Of a stretch of 57,045 nucleotides of DNA, positions 37,552-46,265 are shown piece by piece; positions within the stretch are counted from its first letter, which is position 1; the number at the start of each line of letters is the position of its first letter. Source of the DNA: Nitrospirota bacterium. GTDB lineage: Bacteria; Nitrospirota; Thermodesulfovibrionia; UBA6902. The translations under genes were made by a program, and so were the position numbers. The notes under the pieces are model-generated. The model made no database searches and had not been told where the DNA came from. It saw only the letters and a list, made by a program, of their open reading frames with translations. The stretch covers positions 1 through 57,045 of the forward strand of contig JACRQA010000142.1 in the NCBI GenBank assembly GCA_016222915.1, in the 5' to 3' direction.

Positions 37552-38805
37552 ATGGAGCTCACGATGACAAATAAGAATTGCCTGTGCAGATATTGCGGAC
37601 ATCAGTTGGAACACACCTTTGTAGACCTGGGCATGTCGCCGATGGCGAATTCATATCTGAGAGCGGAACAGCTTCAGAAGATGGAGCCTTTTTACCCGCT
37701 TCATACCTATGTTTGCGGTAAATGCTTTCTTGTGCAACTGCAGGAATTCGAGTCTCCTGAAAATATTTTCGGTGATTATGCCTATTTCTCTTCATATTCC
37801 GACTCATGGCTGAAGCACGCAAAAGACTATACTGACATGATGACCCGAAGGTTTGGATTTGACGCAGGCAGCCGTGTCGTCGAGATAGCGAGCAATGACG
37901 GTTATCTGCTTCAGTATTTTAAAGAGAAAGGCGTTCCTGTGCTGGGCATTGAACCGGCGGCGAACGTGGCTCAGGCTGCAATAGCAAAACAAATCCCGAC
38001 GCTGGTGAAATTTTTCGGAGTAAAGACCGCGGGGGAACTGGCCGCTGATGGCAGGCATGCCGACCTGATTATCGGAAACAATGTATTGGCCCACGTGCCG
38101 GACCTCAATGATTTTGTCAGCGGATTAAAAGTCCTTTTGAAACCGCAGGGAATCATTACCATGGAGTTTCCTCACCTGATGAGATTAATGGACGAGAACC
38201 AGTTTGACACTATCTATCATGAGCATTTTTCGTATTTTTCATTTATCACGGTCAGCAAAGTCTTCACCTCGCATGGTCTCAAAATATTTGACGTGGACGA
38301 ATTACAGACACACGGCGGGTCATTGAGAATCTATGCCGCTCATGAGGAAAATGCATCAAGGCCTGTTGAGAAACGGGCGCATGAACTTATTCATAAAGAA
38401 GAGGGCAGGGGGTTCGCTGCAGTAGAACTCTATTCCACATTCAACGAAAAGGTCAAGGAAACAAAGAGGGCCATCCTTGATTTCATGATTAAAGAAAAAA
38501 GAAGCGGGAAGTCTTTCGCGGGTTACGGCGCTCCGGCAAAAGGAAATACTCTTTTGAATTACTGCGGCATCAGGACGGATTTTATCGACTATACCGTTGA
38601 TCGAAGTCCCCACAAACAAGAACATTCATTGCCGGGTGTCCACATCCCGATTTACGGACCTGAAAAAATAACTGAAACGAAGCCGGACTATCTGGTCATC
38701 CTCCCCTGGAATCTTAAAGATGAGATTATGGAACAGATGTCTCATATACGTTCATGGGGTGGTAAATTTGTAGTGTTGATCCCCGAAGTGCAGGTAATTG
38801 ATTAA
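37552..38805 (+). CDS. NDP-sugar C-methyltransferase-like SAM enzyme (TylC3/NovU-type architecture)
   Basis: N-terminal Zn-ribbon (CRYCGH...CGKC), SAM fold (VVEIASNDGYLL) and a C-terminal C-methyltransferase-like domain. Confidence 0.8.
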   Translation: MELTMTNKNCLCRYCGHQLEHTFVDLGMSPMANSYLRAEQLQKMEPFYPLHTYVCGKCFLVQLQEFESPENIFGDYAYFSSYSDSWLKHAKDYTDMMTRRFGFDAGSRVVEIASNDGYLLQYFKEKGVPVLGIEPAANVAQAAIAKQIPTLVKFFGVKTAGELAADGRHADLIIGNNVLAHVPDLNDFVSGLKVLLKPQGIITMEFPHLMRLMDENQFDTIYHEHFSYFSFITVSKVFTSHGLKIFDVDELQTHGGSLRIYAAHEENASRPVEKRAHELIHKEEGRGFAAVELYSTFNEKVKETKRAILDFMIKEKRSGKSFAGYGAPAKGNTLLNYCGIRTDFIDYTVDRSPHKQEHSLPGVHIPIYGPEKITETKPDYLVILPWNLKDEIMEQMSHIRSWGGKFVVLIPEVQVID

Positions 38806-39336
38806 GTGATCTTTAAGGAAACAAAATTAAAAGGCGCGTATATAATCGAACCGGAAAGATTTGAAGACGAGCGTGGCTTCTTTGCGCGCACATGTTGCAA
38901 GAGAGAGTTTCAGGATCACGGGCTGAATTTTCATGTGGCGCAATGCAATATCTCCTTCAATAAGAGCAAAGGTACTTTAAGAGGAATGCATTACCAGGCA
39001 GGTCCTCATGCTGAGGCAAAGTTGGTCAGATGTACTCAGGGATCTATTTATGATGTAATTATTGATCTGAGGCCGGAGTCAAAGACTTATAAAAATTGGT
39101 TCGCCGTTGAATTGAATAAAGATAATCGTAACATGCTTTATATACCCGAACATTTCGCACATGGTTTCCTTACATTGGAAGATCATGCCGAAGTGTTCTA
39201 CCAAATGTCCGAGTTTTATAACGCAGAAAGTACACGTGGGGTCCGGTGGGACGATCCCGCGTTTTCCATTCATTGGCCGGCCGCTGTAAGCGTCATATCT
39301 GGCCGGGACCGGGATTGCCCGGATTTTGAATCATGA
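38806..39336 (+). CDS. RmlC-like cupin (NDP-4-keto-6-deoxyhexose 3,5-epimerase family)
   Basis: ERFEDERGFF...RGMHYQ...KLVRCTQGSIYDVIIDLR...FAHGF. Confidence 0.85.
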   Translation: MIFKETKLKGAYIIEPERFEDERGFFARTCCKREFQDHGLNFHVAQCNISFNKSKGTLRGMHYQAGPHAEAKLVRCTQGSIYDVIIDLRPESKTYKNWFAVELNKDNRNMLYIPEHFAHGFLTLEDHAEVFYQMSEFYNAESTRGVRWDDPAFSIHWPAAVSVISGRDRDCPDFES

Positions 39337-40673
39337 GAACAGATACAAGTATGCAGATATATGATCTCAAAAAGACGATCGACCTGAACATTGCTTCTCA
39401 GGAAATGTTTGAGCTTATGCATAAACTATATCCCATTTGCCGCAGCATCACCGGAAATGGTTTTAGGGACACACTGAAAATAATCCGGGAGTATGTCCCG
39501 CTCAAAGTGCATGAGATACCCACGGGGACAAAGGTCTTTGACTGGACAGTGCCGAAGGAATGGAACATAAACGATGCCTATGTCAAGAATTCAAAAGGGG
39601 AGAGGGTAATAGATTTCAGGAAATCCAATTTGCACATTATGGGCTATAGCGTGCCTGTTCAGGACAGGATGCCGTTATCAGAATTAAAAAAACATCTCCA
39701 TACCTTGCCTGATCATCCCGACTGGATACCGTATAGAACTTCATACTACAGGGATGATTGGGGTTTTTGTCTGAGTCATAATGAAATGCATAAGTTTGAA
39801 GAAGACACCTACGAGGTATTCATTGATTCTTCACTTGAGGATGGCCATTTAACTTATGGTGAGTATTTTATAAAAGGAGAGAGCGAGCAGGAAATCCTGC
39901 TGTCATGCCATGCCTGTCACCCGTCTCTTTGCAACGATAATGTAGCTGGCATGGCTTTGACATCCTTACTTGGTAAATATTTAAACCAGCTGACCCTGCG
40001 TTATTCATGCCGCATACTCTTCATTCCCGGCACAATCGGATCGATAACGTGGCTTTCCCTGAACGAAGCGACTGCGCGGAACATTAAGCACGGACTTGTT
40101 GTTACATGTGTCGGCGACCCCGGCATGTCTACATATAAGAGAAGCCGTACCGGGTATGCTGAAATAGATAGCGTCGTTGAACATGTGTTGGAACATTCCG
40201 GCAGTCCGTACCGTGTAGTCGATTTTTCACCTTATGGCTATGATGAAAGGCAATACTGCTCTCCGGGGTTTAACCTTCCGGTCGGCTGTCTTCAGAGAAC
40301 GCCTCACGGAGAGTATCCTGAATATCATACGTCAGCGGACAATTTTGATTTTGTGAGGCCGGAGTATCTGGCGGATTCATTTTCGAAGTATCTTTCCGTC
40401 CTGAATATCCTTGAAAACAACAAAGTCTATCTCAATACAAATCCGAAGTGCGAGCCTCAATTGGGGAAAAGAGGTTTGTATACCACTACCGGCGGCAAAA
40501 GCCATACAGTTGCCGATCAAATGGCGCTGCTGTGGACCCTGAATTTGTCGGACGGTCAGCATAACTTACTCGACGTCGCGGAAAAATCAGGGATTTGGTT
40601 CGATGATATTTATGAAGCGTCCCGCGCCCTGCTAAGGACCGGTTTATTGGAGGAGAGTTTGTGCGGGAAGTAA
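39333..40673 (+). CDS. Aminopeptidase-like domain protein of polysaccharide loci (COG4310 / DUF2172-DUF4910 type)
   Basis: LYPICRSITGNGFRDTL...IPTGTKVFDWTVPKEWNINDAY...SNLHIMGYSVP matches my recollection of this family. ATGA overlap with the preceding gene. Confidence 0.7.
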   Translation: MRTDTSMQIYDLKKTIDLNIASQEMFELMHKLYPICRSITGNGFRDTLKIIREYVPLKVHEIPTGTKVFDWTVPKEWNINDAYVKNSKGERVIDFRKSNLHIMGYSVPVQDRMPLSELKKHLHTLPDHPDWIPYRTSYYRDDWGFCLSHNEMHKFEEDTYEVFIDSSLEDGHLTYGEYFIKGESEQEILLSCHACHPSLCNDNVAGMALTSLLGKYLNQLTLRYSCRILFIPGTIGSITWLSLNEATARNIKHGLVVTCVGDPGMSTYKRSRTGYAEIDSVVEHVLEHSGSPYRVVDFSPYGYDERQYCSPGFNLPVGCLQRTPHGEYPEYHTSADNFDFVRPEYLADSFSKYLSVLNILENNKVYLNTNPKCEPQLGKRGLYTTTGGKSHTVADQMALLWTLNLSDGQHNLLDVAEKSGIWFDDIYEASRALLRTGLLEESLCGK

Positions 40674-41461
40674 TCGGTTTAGTCCCGGCAGCGGGAACAG
40701 CATCTCGAATAGCCCCACTTCCATGCAGCAAAGAATTATATCCTATTGGCTTTCGTTCAACTAATAACGGCAGCGAGCTGAGGCCGAAAGTCGTAACGCA
40801 TTATCTCCTTGAAAGTTTGCGGTCGGCAGATGTCACGAAGGCGTATATCATATTGCGTGAAGGTAAATGGGATATTCCCAAATATTTCGGTGACGGGAAG
40901 ATGATAGATATGGACCTGGCCTACCTCATGATGGATTCACCCTATGGAGTGCCTTTTACACTTGATCAGGCATATCCGTTTGTAAAGGATGCCCTTGTAG
41001 CGCTGGGATTCCCTGATATAATTTTTGAACCGGACGATGCATACAGAAAATTATTTATAAAACAGACTGAAACAAATGCCGACATAGTACTGGGACTCTT
41101 TCCCACCCTGCAAAAGCATAAAACGGATATGGTTGAACTGGATGAGCGCGGTACAGTGTGTGCTATTCATATAAAACCTGAAACTACGAAGCTGGTATAT
41201 TCATGGGAGATTGCTGTCTGGACCCCGGCATTCACGAAATATATGCATGATTATATTGCAGCAAAGAAAGAAAATATCATTGATTTCCATTGTCAAAAAG
41301 AACTGTTTGTAGGGGACGTGATCCAGGCTGCGATCAGGGACGATATGTATATAGAATCCGTAATTTATCAAAACGGAAATTGCATAGATATCGGAACTCC
41401 TGAAGATATGGTCAAAGCTGCTTATATGTCAAACCGGGTTTTGAAGGACAATAGCATATGA
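40661..41461 (+). CDS. Sugar-phosphate nucleotidyltransferase
   Basis: GLVPAAGTASRIAPLPCSKELYPIG matches the NTP_transferase N-terminal signature. GTG start overlaps the preceding gene by 13 nt. Confidence 0.7.
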   Translation: MREVIGLVPAAGTASRIAPLPCSKELYPIGFRSTNNGSELRPKVVTHYLLESLRSADVTKAYIILREGKWDIPKYFGDGKMIDMDLAYLMMDSPYGVPFTLDQAYPFVKDALVALGFPDIIFEPDDAYRKLFIKQTETNADIVLGLFPTLQKHKTDMVELDERGTVCAIHIKPETTKLVYSWEIAVWTPAFTKYMHDYIAAKKENIIDFHCQKELFVGDVIQAAIRDDMYIESVIYQNGNCIDIGTPEDMVKAAYMSNRVLKDNSI

Positions 41462-41510
41462 CAATTATGCTTCAGCGGAACGGGACAACGGCTGTACTGA
41501 AAGGATTAGG

Positions 41511-42389
41511 ATGAATTTTATTAAGAGAACATTACAAAAATTTAATGATGCTCTGGACATAAAAACAGATAGCAACACATTAACCGTTATTGACCCCATA
41601 ACGAGATGGCAAAAAAGAGATTTCAGTGAATTGGTTGAATATCGGGACCTGTTTTTTTTATTTGCCTGGCGTCAAATAAAAGTTATGTATGCACAAACGA
41701 TATTGGGGTTTTCCTGGGCTATATTGAAACCTTTTGTACAAATAGTTATTTTTACTATTATTTTCGGAACGGTTGCCAAAGTGCCCACGGAAGGGGTACC
41801 CTATTTTCTTTTTTCATGCGCTGCAATCGTCCCCTGGAGTTTTATATCGCAGGCAATTTCCGAATCTAGTCAGAGCCTTATTACCAACTCAGGAATGTTG
41901 GGAAAGGTCTATTTTCCCAGGGTGATCTTTCCATTAACGCCTGTCTTCTCCAGGCTGATTGATTTTGGAATTTCTATGCTTATTGTATTATGTGCCATGC
42001 TGTATTATCATGTTTATCCCACACGGAACCTGCTACTCTTTCCATTGTTCGTTTTTACTATGATGCTTGTTCCTACCGGTATCGGCCTGTGGTTGTCTTC
42101 TCTTGCTATAAGGTATCGGGATGTTAACCATGCAATGGTCTTTATTATTCAAATGCTTGTTTACACCGCTCCTATCGTATATTCCGCATCATCTATACCG
42201 GCAAAATATCGCTATCTATATTCACTGAATCCGATAGTCGGAGTAATAGAAGGATTCAGGGCCTGTTTGCTCGGGACACCAGTGCCATGGTCGTATATAA
42301 TTCCTGGAGTCATCACATCCGTTATTCTAATTATCACTGGAGCAATTTATTTCAAGCGTATGGAAAAGATCATAGTTGACGTAATATAG
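41511..42389 (+). CDS. wzm: ABC-2 type polysaccharide exporter permease (Wzm/KpsM-like)
   Basis: About six TM segments. Conserved N-terminal LVEYRDLFFLFAWRQIKVMYAQTILGFSWAILKP. Confidence 0.85.
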   Translation: MNFIKRTLQKFNDALDIKTDSNTLTVIDPITRWQKRDFSELVEYRDLFFLFAWRQIKVMYAQTILGFSWAILKPFVQIVIFTIIFGTVAKVPTEGVPYFLFSCAAIVPWSFISQAISESSQSLITNSGMLGKVYFPRVIFPLTPVFSRLIDFGISMLIVLCAMLYYHVYPTRNLLLFPLFVFTMMLVPTGIGLWLSSLAIRYRDVNHAMVFIIQMLVYTAPIVYSASSIPAKYRYLYSLNPIVGVIEGFRACLLGTPVPWSYIIPGVITSVILIITGAIYFKRMEKIIVDVI

Positions 42390-42419
42390 CAAGACAAGCA
42401 GTCGATCTCAAGGAGTGAA

Positions 42420-43787
42420 ATGAGCAATATAAGTTTATCAATTAAGGCTGAAAATTTAGGCAAGTGCTACCGCATAGGCGTAAAAGAGAACATGCATGAC
42501 AGCCTTGCAAAAAGTATATTTAATTTCGTGAAAAGTCCGGTAAAAAACTATCAGAAGCATCGCTCACTTTATAATTTTGATGACGTAATACAAGGCGCAG
42601 AAGGCAACACTTCCGATGTAGTTTGGGCCTTGCGGGACGTTTCCTTTGAGATAAAGCAAGGGGAGGTTGTTGGGATAATCGGCATCAACGGCGCAGGGAA
42701 ATCAACTCTTCTGAAGGTCCTTTCCAGAATTACAAACCCAACAAAAGGGTATGCAGAGATTCGTGGGAAAATATCAAGCCTCCTGGAGGTGGGCACCGGC
42801 TTTCATCCTGAACTCACGGGCAGGGAAAACATTTATCTTAACGGCACCATTCTTGGAATGAGAAGCAAGGAGATAGACCGCAAATTTGATGAGATTGTGG
42901 ACTTTTCAGGAGTGGAAAAGTTCATCGATACACCCGTTAAGCGTTACTCCAGTGGTATGAAAGTTCGACTGGCCTTCGCTGTTGCGGCCCATCTGGAGCC
43001 TGAAATACTGCTTATAGACGAGGTGCTTGCAGTCGGAGATGTGCGGTTTCAGAAGAAATGTTTAAACAAGATGGAGGACGTAAGCCAGCATGGAAGGACC
43101 GTCCTTTTTGTGTCACATAATATGCAGGCGGTGACCCGGCTTTGTCCACGGACCATTCTCCTGGGGAATGGTACACTGCTGGCTGACGGACCATCGCATA
43201 AAATAGTTAATCTCTATATGGATTCCGAAAAAGGGCTTAAAGATGAACGTGAATGGCCTGATCTCAGTGAGGCCCCTGGGGATGATGTGGTCCGGCTGTG
43301 TGCTGTTCGGGTCCGCTTAGAGAATGGCAGGCTTACAGACGCCGTTGACATTCGTAAACCTGTTAGCATTGAGATGGAATACGAGGTGCTTCAGCCTAAG
43401 CAGGTGTTGATGGTCTACTATCATGTTGTTAACGAAGAAGGTCTTGAAATATTTACAGCCATTGATAACGACCCTACCTGGCGCAAGCGCGAGCGGCCGG
43501 TTGGACGGTATGTAAGCACAGTCTGGATTCCAGGGAACTTCCTGTCGGAGGGGATACTATATATCGGTCCGGGAATATACAGCCTGGATCCGTATATGAA
43601 ACATTTTAGCTTCAACGACGCTGTTTCATTCCAGATAATCGACAGCTTGGATGGTGACACGGCGCGCGCAGATTTTGTGGGCAACATGAATGGTGTGATC
43701 AGACCGATGTTGAAATGGGAAACTCATTATGGTCCACGGGGATCACATAACGAAGAAGCAATGGCAACCAGGAACAAATCAAGATAA
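42420..43787 (+). CDS. wzt: ABC polysaccharide exporter ATPase with extra C-terminal (Wzt_C-like, glycan-end-binding) domain
   Basis: Walker A GINGAGKST, signature YSSGMKVRL, Walker B LLIDEVLAVGD, plus a ~200-aa C-terminal extension. Confidence 0.85.
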   Translation: MSNISLSIKAENLGKCYRIGVKENMHDSLAKSIFNFVKSPVKNYQKHRSLYNFDDVIQGAEGNTSDVVWALRDVSFEIKQGEVVGIIGINGAGKSTLLKVLSRITNPTKGYAEIRGKISSLLEVGTGFHPELTGRENIYLNGTILGMRSKEIDRKFDEIVDFSGVEKFIDTPVKRYSSGMKVRLAFAVAAHLEPEILLIDEVLAVGDVRFQKKCLNKMEDVSQHGRTVLFVSHNMQAVTRLCPRTILLGNGTLLADGPSHKIVNLYMDSEKGLKDEREWPDLSEAPGDDVVRLCAVRVRLENGRLTDAVDIRKPVSIEMEYEVLQPKQVLMVYYHVVNEEGLEIFTAIDNDPTWRKRERPVGRYVSTVWIPGNFLSEGILYIGPGIYSLDPYMKHFSFNDAVSFQIIDSLDGDTARADFVGNMNGVIRPMLKWETHYGPRGSHNEEAMATRNKSR

Positions 43788-43893
43788 CCCCCCCTGTAAG
43801 GTTCTCCCCAAACTTGTCCATAAGCTGATACAGCGTGACAGGAAATATCCTGAATACGTATTCAGGAAGACTTAGCTCTCTTTATATCAATGA

Positions 43894-43920
43894 ATCCCGA
43901 AATTAATCGGGATGTTTTTG
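43894..43920 (+). terminator. Rho-independent terminator after wzt
   Basis: ATCCCGA-AATTAA-TCGGGAT followed by GTTTTTG. Confidence 0.5.
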
Positions 43921-43950
43921 TTCTATAATATTTCACATTGAAATTTTCAA

Positions 43951-44463
43951 ATGAATAAGGATATGCATGAAATAACATATCGGGAAGCCTCTCCTGCAGA
44001 TTACCCTGCTATCAGTGAGCTAATGCGCCAGATGGGATGGGTAAACTGCATAGCCGTACCTGAGCGTTTTTACAGAATGATTGATAATTCAAGCAGGACG
44101 GTTGTGGCACTTGATGAATCCGGCATTATAGGTTTTGCCCGGGCCATATGTGATAGCGAATCGAACGGTTATATTACCGACGTTGCAGTTTCGCCTTCAA
44201 AGCAGGGGCGGGGAGTTGGGCGTAGACTTGTAACAATTCTGATGGGAGACAACCCTGAGATCAAGTGGGTCATAACTACAGCCCCGGCAAGCAGAATGTT
44301 TTGGGAAAAGCTGGGATTTACGACGCTGCATAATGCCATGGAAAAAAAAAGGGCATCTCAAAGACCAAGTAAAATGCATCCTTATTCTCAACCGGACACA
44401 AATTTGTTTAATAAATATGTCTTAGGTGTAGTGAAAAAAATATATCGTTTTATTAAGCCATAA
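43951..44463 (+). CDS. GNAT-family N-acetyltransferase
   Basis: Motif A VSPSKQGRGVGRRLV. Typical size. Confidence 0.75.
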   Translation: MNKDMHEITYREASPADYPAISELMRQMGWVNCIAVPERFYRMIDNSSRTVVALDESGIIGFARAICDSESNGYITDVAVSPSKQGRGVGRRLVTILMGDNPEIKWVITTAPASRMFWEKLGFTTLHNAMEKKRASQRPSKMHPYSQPDTNLFNKYVLGVVKKIYRFIKP

Positions 44464-44490
44464 TTAAAAGTGAATCGGACATCTTATCTT

Positions 44491-45264
44491 ATGAAAATAG
44501 CATTGATCCAGTTAAACATAGCATGGGAGTCAAAAAGAGCAAACTTTGATAAGGCTGAACTGTTTGTGAAAAAGGCTTCGCATGAAAAATGTGATATTGT
44601 TGTTTTCCCTGAGATGTTTAATACGGGCTTTTCCATGAACGTTTCTGCCGTTGCAGAAGATAAAGACGGAGAAACGGCGGCGATATTGTCAAATATGGCA
44701 CAAAAAAATAATATCAATATCATAGCAGGATATTCGCTGAAAGATGTTGATAATGGAAAAGGTAATAATATCGCTGCTGCATATGACCGTAAAGGTTTGC
44801 TCATTGCATCGTATACCAAAATCCATCCTTTTTCTTTTGCAAAGGAAGATCAGTATTATTCGGCCGGCAATACTACCGTTATATTTGATATCGAAGGAAT
44901 GAAGGCAAGTATATTTATTTGTTACGATTTGAGATTCCCTGAAGTATTCAGAAATGTAGCAAAGGAAGTTCAGACGATATTTGTAATTGCCAATTGGCCA
45001 TCAAGCCGCAGGGAACATTGGGAAACACTGCTTAAGGCAAGGGCTATAGAAAATCAATGTTTTGTAATTGGAGTCAATCGGACCGGAAAAGATGGTAATG
45101 ATATCCAATATCCAGGCTCATCTTTTGTCTTCGATCCATTGGGGAAGGAAATATGTTCAGGCAATGATGTAGACGAACTTATAATATGCAATATTAATAT
45201 TCATGAAGTCTCAGAAATACGCGCAAGGTTCCCGTTTCTAAAGGATATGCGTCGTTGGAAGTAG
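44491..45264 (+). CDS. Carbon-nitrogen hydrolase (nitrilase superfamily, omega-amidase-like)
   Basis: E-K-C triad contexts VVFPEMF, YTKIHPF, FICYDLRFPE. ATG 44491 (MKIALIQ) is preferred. Confidence 0.8.
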   Translation: MKIALIQLNIAWESKRANFDKAELFVKKASHEKCDIVVFPEMFNTGFSMNVSAVAEDKDGETAAILSNMAQKNNINIIAGYSLKDVDNGKGNNIAAAYDRKGLLIASYTKIHPFSFAKEDQYYSAGNTTVIFDIEGMKASIFICYDLRFPEVFRNVAKEVQTIFVIANWPSSRREHWETLLKARAIENQCFVIGVNRTGKDGNDIQYPGSSFVFDPLGKEICSGNDVDELIICNINIHEVSEIRARFPFLKDMRRWK

Positions 45265-45719
45265 GAATATGGAATTAATAAAATAAATAAGTGGCACCCA
45301 GCATACCTTATCAGTTCTTCCTTCCCAGTTTTTTAGCGGCAAAGATTATTATTTGACATTAACAGACTTATATGATAAATAAACAATACCCATCAAAAAA
45401 ATATTCTATCTCGACTTGCAAGTCCAGCTTCTACTGTTGTCATCTGAACATGATGGAATTATAGAGTGTAGTCATTCCTTACACTAATATTGGAATAATC
45501 GTCGAAATTATTGACATGATCATCCTGTAATTAAAGTAATCATATTGAAAATATTTTAAATATCAATCAGTTAAGAAAATGGTATTGTATTTGCATTATA
45601 TGTCTAATCAAGGTTTCTTGCTAAATGGGCAAGACTATGCCCAGGGTTATTAATATTCTGATATCTAGCTACATTAATAATTTTAGAAATATGGAGGATA
45701 AAATGAAAAGAGAATCAAA

Positions 45720-46265
45720 ATGTTATGCACAATAGGTGTGAGTTTGATATTTGAGCAGAATTCATATGCTCAAATAAGTGATGGTATTGCATCTTCAGTG
45801 CAAATAAAAGAAGGTGACGAATGGCGATATTTTAAAGGGGCACAGAAGCCGCCTCAAAACTGGAACCAAATTGGATTTGATGAGAGCGAGTGGCAAAAAG
45901 GACGATCAGGTTTTGGATATGGACAAAGCCTAAACAACACCTATCTCGGGGATATGAAAGGCAATTATTCAACTATCTATGCCCGCAGGACGTTCGTCAT
46001 CAATAATATTTATGAAGTTACCGGCATGACCCTGTCTTTAGTTTGTGACGGTGCATTCATTGCATACCTGAATGACCTGGAAATTATCCGAAATAATTCG
46101 AGCCGGCAGGCAGAACGTTTTAATGTCAGCGGGTTTATACACGAATTATTACCAGGTAAAAACATATTATCTGTTGAGTGCACTAATGACGATATAAACA
46201 GCAAAGATTATTCTTTTATTCCTTTATTTGAAGTTCATGAATATCAGGAGGGGGGCATACAATGA
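45720..46265 (+). CDS. Small secreted protein with galactose-binding-like/CBM-like domain; translationally coupled to the giant ORF
   Basis: EWRYFKG...W....FDESEWQKGRSGFGYG...TIYARRTF...CDGAFIAYLND is a pattern seen in carbohydrate-binding beta-sandwich modules. The stop overlaps the giant ORF's ATG (ATGA). The start is problematic (see findings). Confidence 0.65.
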   Translation: MLCTIGVSLIFEQNSYAQISDGIASSVQIKEGDEWRYFKGAQKPPQNWNQIGFDESEWQKGRSGFGYGQSLNNTYLGDMKGNYSTIYARRTFVINNIYEVTGMTLSLVCDGAFIAYLNDLEIIRNNSSRQAERFNVSGFIHELLPGKNILSVECTNDDINSKDYSFIPLFEVHEYQEGGIQ

